IMG/VR virus record: IMGVR_UViG_3300005614_001084
Span: 1 to 64,000 of that record
Direction: 5' to 3' (one strand)
DNA: 64,000 nt
Source: a virus
Lineage: Duplodnaviria; Caudoviricetes
Shown one piece after another: positions 1-8,973 of the stretch (within the stretch, counting starts at the first letter, position 1; each line of letters opens with the position of its first letter). The translations under genes were made by a program, and so were the position numbers. The notes under the pieces are model-generated. The model did not search any database. It was not told the origin of the DNA and saw only the letters and a list, made by a program, of their open reading frames with translations.

Positions 1-3000
1 CGCATGCGGCCGAGAGTGGTGTTCCCGACACCAGTGATGTGGATCTCCTGGTTCAGGTTGATCCGGTTCTGGCGGAACGCGGTCTCGGCGTCGTCCTTCG
101 TCTTGAAGGGCTCGCCGTGCTTGCCGCGAGCGATGCTCATCCGGTAAAGGCTGAGCGCGGCCTCGTTCGCCGGAGCGAAGAGAACGTCGCCGCTGCTGTC
201 CGACAGCGTGCGCTGCGACGGCAAGATCCGATGCGCCTCTTCCACAGCGCTCTGCGTCAGCGGAACCATCAGAGCGACGGTGTCACCGTCGATGTCGCCG
301 CCGAGAGGCGGCAGGATGAGCGGGCTGACCTTGATGGCGGGATCGTCGGTCAGGCGCACTCGCTGCGCCACGAGCCCGTACTGGTGCAGCACGGGATCCC
401 GCTTCATCAGCACCGGCCGCGTCAGAACCTCCTGTTCCAACGCCCTCACCGCCATCGGATCCTTGCGGCTGATCATACGCTGGGCTTCGTCCGGCTTCAC
501 GCGCGCCTGGATGAGACGACGCGCCACCATCGGGCGCATCAGCTCCATAGCGATCTTCTTCGGCAGGCCCATCTCGTCGACGCTGAGGTTGGGGTCCACG
601 ACGATGGTGGCGCGGGACGTATAGTCCTGCTTCTTCGCGATCATCTTGTCCTGGAAGAAACCGTCCTTCGGCTGCTCACCGGAGATCATGTGGATGATCC
701 CGGGCAGCGTCTTATCCGGATCTTCCTTGGTCCCGCGCATGTCGAGATCGAGCGCCTTCTTTCCCTTCGGCGTGGTACCGAAGAGGTTGCCCATCTCCTG
801 GTAGAGCCCGGCGCGAACGTCGAGCGTGTTGTTGTACGGCACCTTCTTCTCGCCCTTGCGGATCGTCTCGTTCACCATGCCGAGCCGCTTGTACAGCGAG
901 TTGAGCGGATTGTTCTTCACCGTACCGTCGGGCAGCGTGGTCTGCGGACGAAACACCGGCGGCAACACCGGGATCGCGCTCATCGTCCAGGCCTCGGCCA
1001 GGTTCTTCCCGCTCTCCTTCACGGTCTTGAGCGATCGGTACTTGAAATGCAGCTTGTCGAGCGCGGTGCCCTTGACCTTCGGGTCTTCGAGCGCCGACTT
1101 CGTCCGCTTCATCTCCTTGTCGATGTCGATCTTGGCCAGCGCAGCACGGATGGCCGCACCGCCATACGTACCGTCGGGCAGCTTCGCCTTCCCCTCGATG
1201 ATGTTGGGGATGTCGCGCTCCTTGATGCCGAGCGTGTTCGCGATCGAACGTGCGTAGACGGGATTCGGCATCGGCTCCACCAGCTCGATGTGGCCCCAGT
1301 GCTGGCCGAGCGGGCCTCCGGTGATGACGGGGTCGAAGAGGCCTCCGGGCTCCGGCCTGTCGTCCTTGCCCCGGATACCGCGCGTCGGGCGCGTGATCTC
1401 TCCACGGCTCAGCGCCCGCACCTCTTCATCGCTACGCGGCATCAGACGGATCTCGGCCCCGGTCTTCTCCACGTTGACGCCGAGACCCGTCAACATCGCC
1501 TCGAACTTCTTGAAAACGAAGGGCACCTTGGGCGCCGGTACACGATCGCCGTTCGCCAGAGCACCCCAGACCTCTCGGGCCTGCGGCTGATCCGACTTCA
1601 GCGTCTGCATCTCACGGAGGTTTTCCTTGAGACCAGCAGCCAACGCCGCGTAGACGCCGAGCGCACCCAGACTCTGGGCGCCGGAGTGACCACCGCCGCG
1701 GGGCACGCGCGTGTCGTTGTCGTAGTGGATTTTGGGCGCATCGTACTGCGCCAGCTCACCGCCGTATCCACCCGAGCGGACGTGCGTCTTCTTGTCGATC
1801 TGATGTTCGAGCTGGAACGCGTAGTGAGGACCCACCATCACGTCACCGAGACGACGCCCGGTCTTCGGGTCGTAGAGCGCCTCGGTGTCCGTGAGCCCGT
1901 GCGCCGACAGCTCGTCCTGCATCTTCTTCAGATAGTCGACCCCGCCCTGGAAGTTCTTCACCAGGTACGGCTTGCCGGTCTTCTCTGCGATCTTACCCGC
2001 TGCGGTCTCCAAGAGCTGCCCGGGATTCATGCGTCCCGGTACCGAGACCGGGTTGATGAGCATCTCGACTGGACGGCCCTTCTCGTCGTGCGGCATCTCC
2101 TTGTCGGGGATGATCTGCGTGACGATGCCCTTCGCGCTGTGACGCGTCGAAATCTTGGAACCGATCTGTGCGGGCTCCAGGGTCTTGAGGTGCACGACGA
2201 TGTTCTTGCCCTGACGCTCCGCTCGTACCACTTCCGCTTCGTAATCCCCGTCCCAGACCATGGCGCCGTTGTTGAACTTGCTGCGAAGCCGCTTGCCGAT
2301 CTTGAACTTCGCGCTGAGATCGGCAGTACCCGGAAGCTGCGTCTCGGTGAGCGCAAGCACGAGCGGATCACCCGGCTTCACTTTCTCTCCGGCGCGAATG
2401 ATTCCGTCGTCTCCGATCTTGGCCACTCGATCCTTCGAGTAGATGGCGCCCTTGTCGATGAGGAACTGCCGCTTGCCGACCACTGTGGAGTCGGAGATCA
2501 GCATGGTCGGTTTGTACAGGTGGTCGGAGGCGAGACGACGGGCCGCGCTGTCGGAGATGACGATGCCGTCCTCGTGGTTGGAGCCGTTCGCGATGTAGGC
2601 GGTGCGCAGGTTTGCGCCGAGAGCCAGTACGCCGTCCCTCGTGTAGTTGTTGTCCGCGACGATCTGCTTGGACGTGACGGAATCGCCGGGCTTCACGAGC
2701 GGAGTGCTGTGGAGCTGACCCTTCAGATCGTTGGTGGGGTAGTGGTGGTAGAGATGGACGGAGTGATTCCCTCTGTCCTTGCCTCGGATGAGGATCTCGT
2801 CCGGCTTCACTGCGGTGACGATGCCATCGACGGGGGAACGATGGCTGAGGAACCCAGTACCGACGATCTGCTCGAAGCTCCTGCCGGCACCGGCCTCCAC
2901 CTGTACGAGAGGAGCCTCGCGCCCGACGACACTGATCGCCTGTGCCATGTGACGAGCCGACATCGTAGAGCGGCCCGCGCTGTCGTTCTGCATGAACGGC

Positions 3001-4508
3001 ACGAGGTTGGTCTCCACGGCGAATATCTGCGCCGCCGTAGGCATGACGTAGTCGGCGGACGACATCGGTAGATCGTCGACCATCTGACCGCGTCCGTTCG
3101 ACATACGGACCGACTTGCCAAGCGGAACGGGAGTGCCCTTGTCCCACTTCACCTGATCGGGGAGCACGACGTTGCTGACCGCAGCCGTGGCGGCGTCGAC
3201 ATCCTCCATCTTCTTCGTTTTGGTGTTGTAGAGCCGCATGTGCGGCTTACGATCTTTCACCATGACGCCGAACGTCAGGTGCGTGTTCACGCCCGCATTC
3301 GACTCCGGGGTGAACACTGGGTCGAGGAAGCCGAGATGGCTGGGATCGAGGCTGGTGTTCGACTTCGAGAGCGCGTGAGGATTCTGAATACCGCCGGGGC
3401 CGGTGATCGTGACCATGCTGTGATCGGCGAGCATGGAGACCGGGTTCGTCTGCTTGCCGTTGGCGGACAGCGACGTGGTGAAGACGTGGTACAGCGGACG
3501 CTGAATGACGTCGGGCGCGAACACGTCGCGCAGCACGGTGGCATCGCCGGAGAGCAGGCGGCGCTGGGTCGTGGGCTTGCTGAGCGCGCGCTGCACGCGC
3601 ATCTCGATGTCGTCCTTCGCCTTGGCGATACGATCCACGAACTGGTCCCGTGCCTGCCACAGCTCCTTGTACCGGAGACTGTCGATCGGGTCGGGGTCGC
3701 GACGCTTTGCCGCGACATCGAGCAGCTTCTTCGACGCCTCGAACAACACGTCGCCGTTCACGCGCTCCGACTTCACGCCGACGTTGGCCTCGGAAACGAT
3801 CGGGTCGATGCGTGTACCTTCGAAGATGGCGCGGGCTTCCAGCGCCGGATCCGTACCGGCGGGAAGCGGCTCCTTGCGCCACGTCTCGTAGAACGACTTC
3901 AGGTCACGAGCGACGTTGGCCTTCTTCTTCGACGCCTCGAACGCATCCTTGCCCCACGACGCCTTCATCTGCTCCTCGGACACGCCGAGTGCGGTGAGCA
4001 CGGAGAAGAGAGGGATCTTGCGAGAACCCAGCTTCATGTAGAGCTGATCGTCGTCGCTCTTCTGCACGTCGAAGCTGCGCCCCTTGGCGAGCTGGAACTG
4101 CGCCTCGAACTCGCCGGGCTTCTCCGTCGCTTTCACGTAGACGCCCGGGCGCAGTCGCCACTGATTCGTGATGAACTTCTCCTGCCCCGCGACGATGTAG
4201 GAGTAGTGACGCGTCAGCTTCGGGATCTTGGCGACCGGGTAGTCCTTCTTCGTGATCAGCGGCTTTCCGGTCGTGGTGTCGACGACGCTGAGCGTGCCGG
4301 TGACCGGCGCCGCCCACGTGCGTCCTTCCATCTTGTGCTTCTGCTGATCCTTGATGTCGTCGACCCCAAGGCGGTCGTCGACACGCAGGTCGTCGACCCG
4401 CACCTCGAAGCGCCCCGTCCGGTCCTTGACCGGAAAGGTCTGGGAGATCTGGGAGAGAAGCTGGGTCTTCAGCTCCTCGAACTGGTGGCGCGGGTCGGAG
4501 GTGAGCAC
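1..4508 (-). CDS. rpoBC: Fused beta-beta' multisubunit DNA-directed RNA polymerase (partial, runs off the left edge)
   Basis: Hand translation from GTG 4508 gives RpoB motifs (YIVAGQEKFITNQWRLRPGVY; GFLDPVFTPES; NLVPFMQNDSAGRSTM; GSNHEDGIVIS; GSKISTRHSAKG; NPVSVPGRMNPGQ; LREMQTLKSD). These run with no stop into RpoC motifs (GLFDPVITG..WGHIEL; IPVLPPVFRP; KKQDYTSRATIVVDP; KRDPVLH; catalytic GGDIDGD at 282-302). It is absent from the ORF track, consistent with no stop inside the window. Confidence 0.95.
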   Translation of the reverse strand, partial: MLTSDPRHQFEELKTQLLSQISQTFPVKDRTGRFEVRVDDLRVDDRLGVDDIKDQQKHKMEGRTWAAPVTGTLSVVDTTTGKPLITKKDYPVAKIPKLTRHYSYIVAGQEKFITNQWRLRPGVYVKATEKPGEFEAQFQLAKGRSFDVQKSDDDQLYMKLGSRKIPLFSVLTALGVSEEQMKASWGKDAFEASKKKANVARDLKSFYETWRKEPLPAGTDPALEARAIFEGTRIDPIVSEANVGVKSERVNGDVLFEASKKLLDVAAKRRDPDPIDSLRYKELWQARDQFVDRIAKAKDDIEMRVQRALSKPTTQRRLLSGDATVLRDVFAPDVIQRPLYHVFTTSLSANGKQTNPVSMLADHSMVTITGPGGIQNPHALSKSNTSLDPSHLGFLDPVFTPESNAGVNTHLTFGVMVKDRKPHMRLYNTKTKKMEDVDAATAAVSNVVLPDQVKWDKGTPVPLGKSVRMSNGRGQMVDDLPMSSADYVMPTAAQIFAVETNLVPFMQNDSAGRSTMSARHMAQAISVVGREAPLVQVEAGAGRSFEQIVGTGFLSHRSPVDGIVTAVKPDEILIRGKDRGNHSVHLYHHYPTNDLKGQLHSTPLVKPGDSVTSKQIVADNNYTRDGVLALGANLRTAYIANGSNHEDGIVISDSAARRLASDHLYKPTMLISDSTVVGKRQFLIDKGAIYSKDRVAKIGDDGIIRAGEKVKPGDPLVLALTETQLPGTADLSAKFKIGKRLRSKFNNGAMVWDGDYEAEVVRAERQGKNIVVHLKTLEPAQIGSKISTRHSAKGIVTQIIPDKEMPHDEKGRPVEMLINPVSVPGRMNPGQLLETAAGKIAEKTGKPYLVKNFQGGVDYLKKMQDELSAHGLTDTEALYDPKTGRRLGDVMVGPHYAFQLEHQIDKKTHVRSGGYGGELAQYDAPKIHYDNDTRVPRGGGHSGAQSLGALGVYAALAAGLKENLREMQTLKSDQPQAREVWGALANGDRVPAPKVPFVFKKFEAMLTGLGVNVEKTGAEIRLMPRSDEEVRALSRGEITRPTRGIRGKDDRPEPGGLFDPVITGGPLGQHWGHIELVEPMPNPVYARSIANTLGIKERDIPNIIEGKAKLPDGTYGGAAIRAALAKIDIDKEMKRTKSALEDPKVKGTALDKLHFKYRSLKTVKESGKNLAEAWTMSAIPVLPPVFRPQTTLPDGTVKNNPLNSLYKRLGMVNETIRKGEKKVPYNNTLDVRAGLYQEMGNLFGTTPKGKKALDLDMRGTKEDPDKTLPGIIHMISGEQPKDGFFQDKMIAKKQDYTSRATIVVDPNLSVDEMGLPKKIAMELMRPMVARRLIQARVKPDEAQRMISRKDPMAVRALEQEVLTRPVLMKRDPVLHQYGLVAQRVRLTDDPAIKVSPLILPPLGGDIDGDTVALMVPLTQSAVEEAHRILPSQRTLSDSSGDVLFAPANEAALSLYRMSIARGKHGEPFKTKDDAETAFRQNRINLNQEIHITGVGNTTLGRM

Positions 4509-4513
4509 ACCGC

Positions 4514-4543
4514 AGTCTACTCGGCGCCGAAACAAAGGGTCAA
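4514..4543 (-). promoter_or_regulatory. TTGACC-N18-TAGACT promoter; leaderless start of the RNAP gene
   Basis: -35-like element 4538-4543 and -10-like element 4514-4519, 5 nt before GTG 4508; no SD. Confidence 0.65.
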
Positions 4544-4560
4544 CGCGCGTGCGTACGCAG

Positions 4561-4570
4561 CTATCAGCAG
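4561..4570 (+). promoter_or_regulatory. CTATCAGCAG phage promoter motif
   Basis: Motif recurs in 7 intergenic regions upstream of SD+ATG; here followed by GGAGG and ATG 4583. Confidence 0.7.
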
Positions 4571-4582
4571 GTGGAGGCAGAG

Positions 4583-4705
4583 ATGCAAGATCCCAAGGAA
4601 ACAAGCACCGAAGACAACGACAGCGACAGCCTCAGCGACTTCGAGAAGTCCCTGAACGATGCGCTGGAGCAGTCCACGGAGGAGAAGAACGAGGAACAGA
4701 GCTAG
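4583..4705 (+). CDS. Small acidic protein (40 aa)
   Basis: SD GGAGG; MQDPKETSTEDNDSDSLSDFEKSLNDALEQSTEEKNEEQS; stop abuts the next ATG. Confidence 0.6.
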   Translation: MQDPKETSTEDNDSDSLSDFEKSLNDALEQSTEEKNEEQS

Positions 4706-4816
4706 ATGGGCCTGATCGATATCTTCTTCTGGTCCGCCCTCGCCGGGTTCGCACTCGGCGTGATCGATGCCATGACGTTCAGTCCCGCTTGGCGGTGGCT
4801 CTTCGGAGGAACATGA
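4706..4816 (+). CDS. Small hydrophobic/membrane peptide (36 aa)
   Basis: MGLIDIFFWSALAGFALGVIDAMTFSPAWRWLFGGT; TAG-ATG junction upstream and ATGA overlap downstream. Confidence 0.55.
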   Translation: MGLIDIFFWSALAGFALGVIDAMTFSPAWRWLFGGT

Positions 4817-5187
4817 AAGACAAGGTAGAACGCGCTCAGATCGAGGAACCCGATAGCACAAGTACCGGGTTCGACGACATCACCGCACCCTGCGATGCCT
4901 GCGGCGAGGAGAACGTCGGCGTCGGCACGCCCGTCATGATGATCATCCCGGGCATGATCTTCAACAACATCGAGTACGACGTGCCGATGTTCGTCCCGGA
5001 TCCCGACGTGAAGCTGCGCATCGTGCAGCTTCCGAACGGGCAGCTCGGGTTCGTCACCGACCACAACGTGACGAAGTACACGCACCAGGACTGCTACACG
5101 CGCCTCGTCGACGAGGTGGCGTACATGGACCCGGACGAAGACGAGAACGACGAAAACGAAGAGATCGAGGAGAGCGAAGAGGAATGA
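4813..5187 (+). CDS. Hypothetical protein, CxxC...HxxC, acidic C-terminus
   Basis: SD GGAGG then ATG 4813; ATGA overlaps at both ends. Confidence 0.7.
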   Translation: MKDKVERAQIEEPDSTSTGFDDITAPCDACGEENVGVGTPVMMIIPGMIFNNIEYDVPMFVPDPDVKLRIVQLPNGQLGFVTDHNVTKYTHQDCYTRLVDEVAYMDPDEDENDENEEIEESEEE

Positions 5188-6365
5188 CGTACTCATTCAC
5201 ACAGTCAGAGATCTTGGTCCGGCGTGAGCTGGAGATGCAGACCAACCTCATCAAGAAAGGGGTCCGTCATCCGCTGAACAACCCGCTGCTCCTCGGTCCT
5301 ACCGGTATCGGCAAGACGGCGATCGCATCGCGTGCTTGTGATCTCTACGAGCTGCCACTGCTCGCCATCAACTGCGGCGAGAACAGCGACCCCACGGATG
5401 TGTCGGGCGTTCCGGTCCCCAGCATGGTTCGGCACTTCCTGCACAACGGCAGCAACAGCGAACGGGAGGGCGCGCGCGTGGCGTACATGGAGTGGGTGCT
5501 GAACCGCTACGCCGCCATGGCATGCGTGGAGCCCAGCTTCCTGTTCTTCGACGACCTCGACAAGGCCGACCCTTCGGTGCAGGGCGCGCTGCTCGGGGTC
5601 ACAGCGAACCGTCAGTTCCGTGATCGCACGCTGCACCCCGGAACGCTCATCATGGGGGCCGGCAACCGTCTCGGCGATGACCAGCACGCGAACGAGATCA
5701 GCGAATCGCTCCGTACCCGGATGACCATCATCGAGATGATCCCGGACATCGGCAGCTTCGCGACGTATGGTCGAGCCAGCGGAGAGATCCACGACACGGT
5801 GCTGGGCTACCTGTTCTTCAAGCCCGCGCATCTCTTCGAGCACATGGACAACGTGCCGCGCTTCCCCACCCCTCGTGGGTGGTGGGAGGTGTCGCAGCAG
5901 TTCTTCGCCTACCCCAGCCCGAAGCAGGACGTCTTCAACAACAACACGCCCTCGAACTGGAAGGGCATCGTGGAGCGGAAGTGCGGCCAGGCAGTCAGCA
6001 ATGACTTCTGGGCCTGGCACGAAGTCATCAGCGAGGTCAACGTCGATCAGATCCTCCTGAACGGTGACGTGCAGTTCGCGTCGAGCGGCGCGGAGCGTCG
6101 CATGAAGCAGTTCGCTGCGATCTACGCCGTGGCCGTGCGCCTGAACCAGAGCGGTGTGCAACCGCAGTACACCGGTCTGGAGAAGGCCGTCGCATCGCTC
6201 GATCCCGAGATGCGCGTGGCTCTCGTCGTCCAGCTCAAGATGAAGGTTCGGGTCGACATCGCCACGATGTTCCCGAAGACCGCCGACGTCATGATGTCCG
6301 ATCTCGTGCAGATGGGAGACGGCGAGAGCACGCTCGTCGCCCCCAAGAAAGGAAGTACTCCATGA
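5184..6365 (+). CDS. MoxR-like AAA+ ATPase
   Basis: Walker A GPTGIGKT, Walker B FLFFDDLDKA, GAGN sensor, LRTR arginine finger, FPTPRGW. Confidence 0.85.
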   Translation: MTYSFTQSEILVRRELEMQTNLIKKGVRHPLNNPLLLGPTGIGKTAIASRACDLYELPLLAINCGENSDPTDVSGVPVPSMVRHFLHNGSNSEREGARVAYMEWVLNRYAAMACVEPSFLFFDDLDKADPSVQGALLGVTANRQFRDRTLHPGTLIMGAGNRLGDDQHANEISESLRTRMTIIEMIPDIGSFATYGRASGEIHDTVLGYLFFKPAHLFEHMDNVPRFPTPRGWWEVSQQFFAYPSPKQDVFNNNTPSNWKGIVERKCGQAVSNDFWAWHEVISEVNVDQILLNGDVQFASSGAERRMKQFAAIYAVAVRLNQSGVQPQYTGLEKAVASLDPEMRVALVVQLKMKVRVDIATMFPKTADVMMSDLVQMGDGESTLVAPKKGSTP

Positions 6366-7549
6366 TCGATGAGTCCAGCTTCAGAGATGCGGCCGCCCTG
6401 CTTCTGGTGAAGCGCGCGATCCGCGAGCTGATGATGGACTTCCCCCTCGGCGGCCTCTCCCTCATGGGGGAGGCCGTGCGAGTCGTGGAAGACGCCAGCA
6501 TCGGCACGATGTGCACCGACGGACGAATGGTGTACGTGGCCCCGAACTGGGTGCTGAAGAACGCATCGTTCGGGACAAAGTTCGATCTTTTGCACGAGTG
6601 GCTCCACATCTTCTTCAACCACGTCGCACGTAAGGGCGATCGTGATGGAAAGGTGTGGAACGAAGCGTGCGACATGGTCGTGGTGCGAGAGTGTTGCACC
6701 ATCTTCACGAGAAACGGCATCGTGGTGACTCCGCCTGCGGATGGCGTACAGCCGGCCGATTGGGCGAAGGACATGACAGCCGAGCAGATCTACGATCAGC
6801 TTGTCTTGAACAGCTCCTTGCGGCCTAGGCCCAAGGGCGGCGGCGAGACGCAGTCGGCCTCCGACTTCATCTACACCCCGCATCCGCAGGCCACAGAAGA
6901 TCAGTTCAAGCGACAGTTCACCGAAGAGCTGGCCCAGGCCGCGATGATCCAGCAGCAGGTCAAGGGGAAGAGCGTGGAGGAGGTCTACGGCGACATCATC
7001 GGGAACCGTCTCGGCAACGTGCTTCGTACTCGCGTGCCGTGGTCGCGCCTGCTTCGAGGCGACCTGATCTCCGACATCGGTGCCGGCTTCCCCTCCTACA
7101 CACGCCCGAACCGGAAGCACTACCCCGACATCATACTGCCCACCCGACGATCGAGGACGGAAAAGAAGCTCTTCATCGGAATCGACGTCTCGGGATCGGT
7201 GAGCCAATCCCTGTTTCAGGAGTTCAAGTCGAACGTACTGCCGGCGGCGCTGCGCGCGAAGAGCGTCGTAGTCGCGACGTTCGACGCCGCGGTACGAGAG
7301 GTCGTGCGAACGAGCAAGCCTCGCGAGGTGCTCAACCAGGTGAAGTTTCTCACCGGCGCGCACAGCTACACAAGCACGCGTGATCTGTTCAATCTGATCG
7401 AGAAGGAGAACCCTTCGGCCCTTACCATCTTCACCGACGGATTCATCGCAATCCCCCAGAAGCCCTTCCCGAAAACCCTCTGGGTGATCCCGCAGAATGG
7501 ACAGCCACAACCCTGGGGGCGCAACTACATCATGGAGGTGTCGTGGTGA
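6362..7549 (+). CDS. Metallopeptidase-like (HExxH) plus VWA domain protein
   Basis: TMCTDG, LLHEWLH, WNEACD; C-terminal MIDAS GIDVSGS and FTDG; typical MoxR partner. Confidence 0.85.
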   Translation: MIDESSFRDAAALLLVKRAIRELMMDFPLGGLSLMGEAVRVVEDASIGTMCTDGRMVYVAPNWVLKNASFGTKFDLLHEWLHIFFNHVARKGDRDGKVWNEACDMVVVRECCTIFTRNGIVVTPPADGVQPADWAKDMTAEQIYDQLVLNSSLRPRPKGGGETQSASDFIYTPHPQATEDQFKRQFTEELAQAAMIQQQVKGKSVEEVYGDIIGNRLGNVLRTRVPWSRLLRGDLISDIGAGFPSYTRPNRKHYPDIILPTRRSRTEKKLFIGIDVSGSVSQSLFQEFKSNVLPAALRAKSVVVATFDAAVREVVRTSKPREVLNQVKFLTGAHSYTSTRDLFNLIEKENPSALTIFTDGFIAIPQKPFPKTLWVIPQNGQPQPWGRNYIMEVSW

Positions 7550-8973
7550 ACGAACTGCTCGAAGCGGCGGCCAGACAGATCCTACGGGACCGCCTGTCCG
7601 CCGGGTACGCCGATCGAGCACTGCTGCTCGTGGCTGGGTACGAGACGGTCGAGCGCATGAACTTTCTAACGGAGCATCTAGACGCGCTCCAGAACAGGTC
7701 GATCACCTACGTGGAAGCCACTGCCTACGGGCTGTGCCCGGCCTGGGTGCAGAGAACGGGGTTTCGGCTCACCAACCCGTACCTCGACTCCGGCGACTAC
7801 GGTTTGTCGGACCCGCTTCAGATCGCCGCCTTCTTCGCCTCGAACTCGATGATGCCGGAAGCGCAAGCGATGATGGTCGATCGACAGCGGCTGTTCGACT
7901 CGTACACCGCGGCTCGCGCTAGTAAAGTCTCCCCCGTGGTCAACGAAGGGATCTACGAAGTCGACTACTTCGAGAAGGTGGAACCGCGGGTGTTCTTCCG
8001 TACGTGGGTCTGTCCTCCGTTCGAAGACCTTGGACTGGTCCCAGTTCATCGAGATCCAGTGGGCCGCGGTCTCGACACCGTCTACTGCTCGGGCGGCCAC
8101 ACCAAGGCCTCGGTGGTCCACATGATGGAGCATCACTTGAATGGCGAGAACGTGTGGCTGTTCTCCGCGCTCTCTGGTCGCCTCGGGAATCGGTTCCACG
8201 AAGAGCTGAGCCAGCTCGCGTACAAGGAAGTGGTTCGACAAGGTCTCGGACCGACGGGGTCGATCAACTACACCGCCATCTGCCGCTTCCTACAGCTCTG
8301 CACGCAACCTCGTGCCCACGAAGTTATGAACGATCTGTCCGGAGTACGTAAGGCCGCGATCATTTCGCGATACGACGCCAACTCCGAGCAGTACGTGGAA
8401 GGACTTCGCGCCCTCTCCACACAGTTCACCGAAGCGAATCGACGAGAACTTCTTCGGTTCATGGCGAGGACGCCGAAGCTCGACGAGCTGAAGTCAGTCC
8501 GCACCTCCGGCATCATCAACATCCTAGACGAGATGCCGTGGGACCTCCTGGAGCCCATCGCCCGCGAACCCGGGCTTCGAGGCCTCTCGCTGCCCTTCGC
8601 CGAGCGCCTGGGCCCGCAGGTGCTCCACCGCTACCTCACCAACCACGACGCCCGCGTCACGCGAGCCCCAGACGCGCACCGCGAAGCCTCGCAGATGGCG
8701 CATCAAACGATCGTTGCCGGGAACCGCTCGATGGCGGACTGGGGCATCGTGATGAACAACCTCAGCTCATTCTACGCCGACTCCACGCGTATACGTGAAG
8801 GGATGAAGAAGCTCGTCCCCGATCCGTACATGGCTGCGTTGATGGTACTGCGCTGTTTCGCCGAAGGCTCACCGGACATCGATACGATCGTGAAGCATCA
8901 TCCCGCATACGACAAAGTCCAGCGCCTCATCGAGGACTGGACTCCGCCGATCATCACGAGACTCTGGCTCTAG
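7543..8973 (+). CDS. Hypothetical protein (third gene of the MoxR/VWA operon)
   Basis: 476-aa ORF with SD GGAGG, overlapping the VWA gene. Confidence 0.7.
   Translation: MVNELLEAAARQILRDRLSAGYADRALLLVAGYETVERMNFLTEHLDALQNRSITYVEATAYGLCPAWVQRTGFRLTNPYLDSGDYGLSDPLQIAAFFASNSMMPEAQAMMVDRQRLFDSYTAARASKVSPVVNEGIYEVDYFEKVEPRVFFRTWVCPPFEDLGLVPVHRDPVGRGLDTVYCSGGHTKASVVHMMEHHLNGENVWLFSALSGRLGNRFHEELSQLAYKEVVRQGLGPTGSINYTAICRFLQLCTQPRAHEVMNDLSGVRKAAIISRYDANSEQYVEGLRALSTQFTEANRRELLRFMARTPKLDELKSVRTSGIINILDEMPWDLLEPIAREPGLRGLSLPFAERLGPQVLHRYLTNHDARVTRAPDAHREASQMAHQTIVAGNRSMADWGIVMNNLSSFYADSTRIREGMKKLVPDPYMAALMVLRCFAEGSPDIDTIVKHHPAYDKVQRLIEDWTPPIITRLWL

Noticed and set aside
1-4508. Host chromosomal rpoBC
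   Set aside because: Highly divergent motifs, no flanking ribosomal-protein genes, and surrounded by phage genes
39-4655. Long plus-strand ORFs 39-3071 and 3240-4655
   Set aside because: Codon-register antisense shadows of the minus-strand RNAP gene; no motifs. The same applies to most overlapping ORFs in the track, given the high GC.
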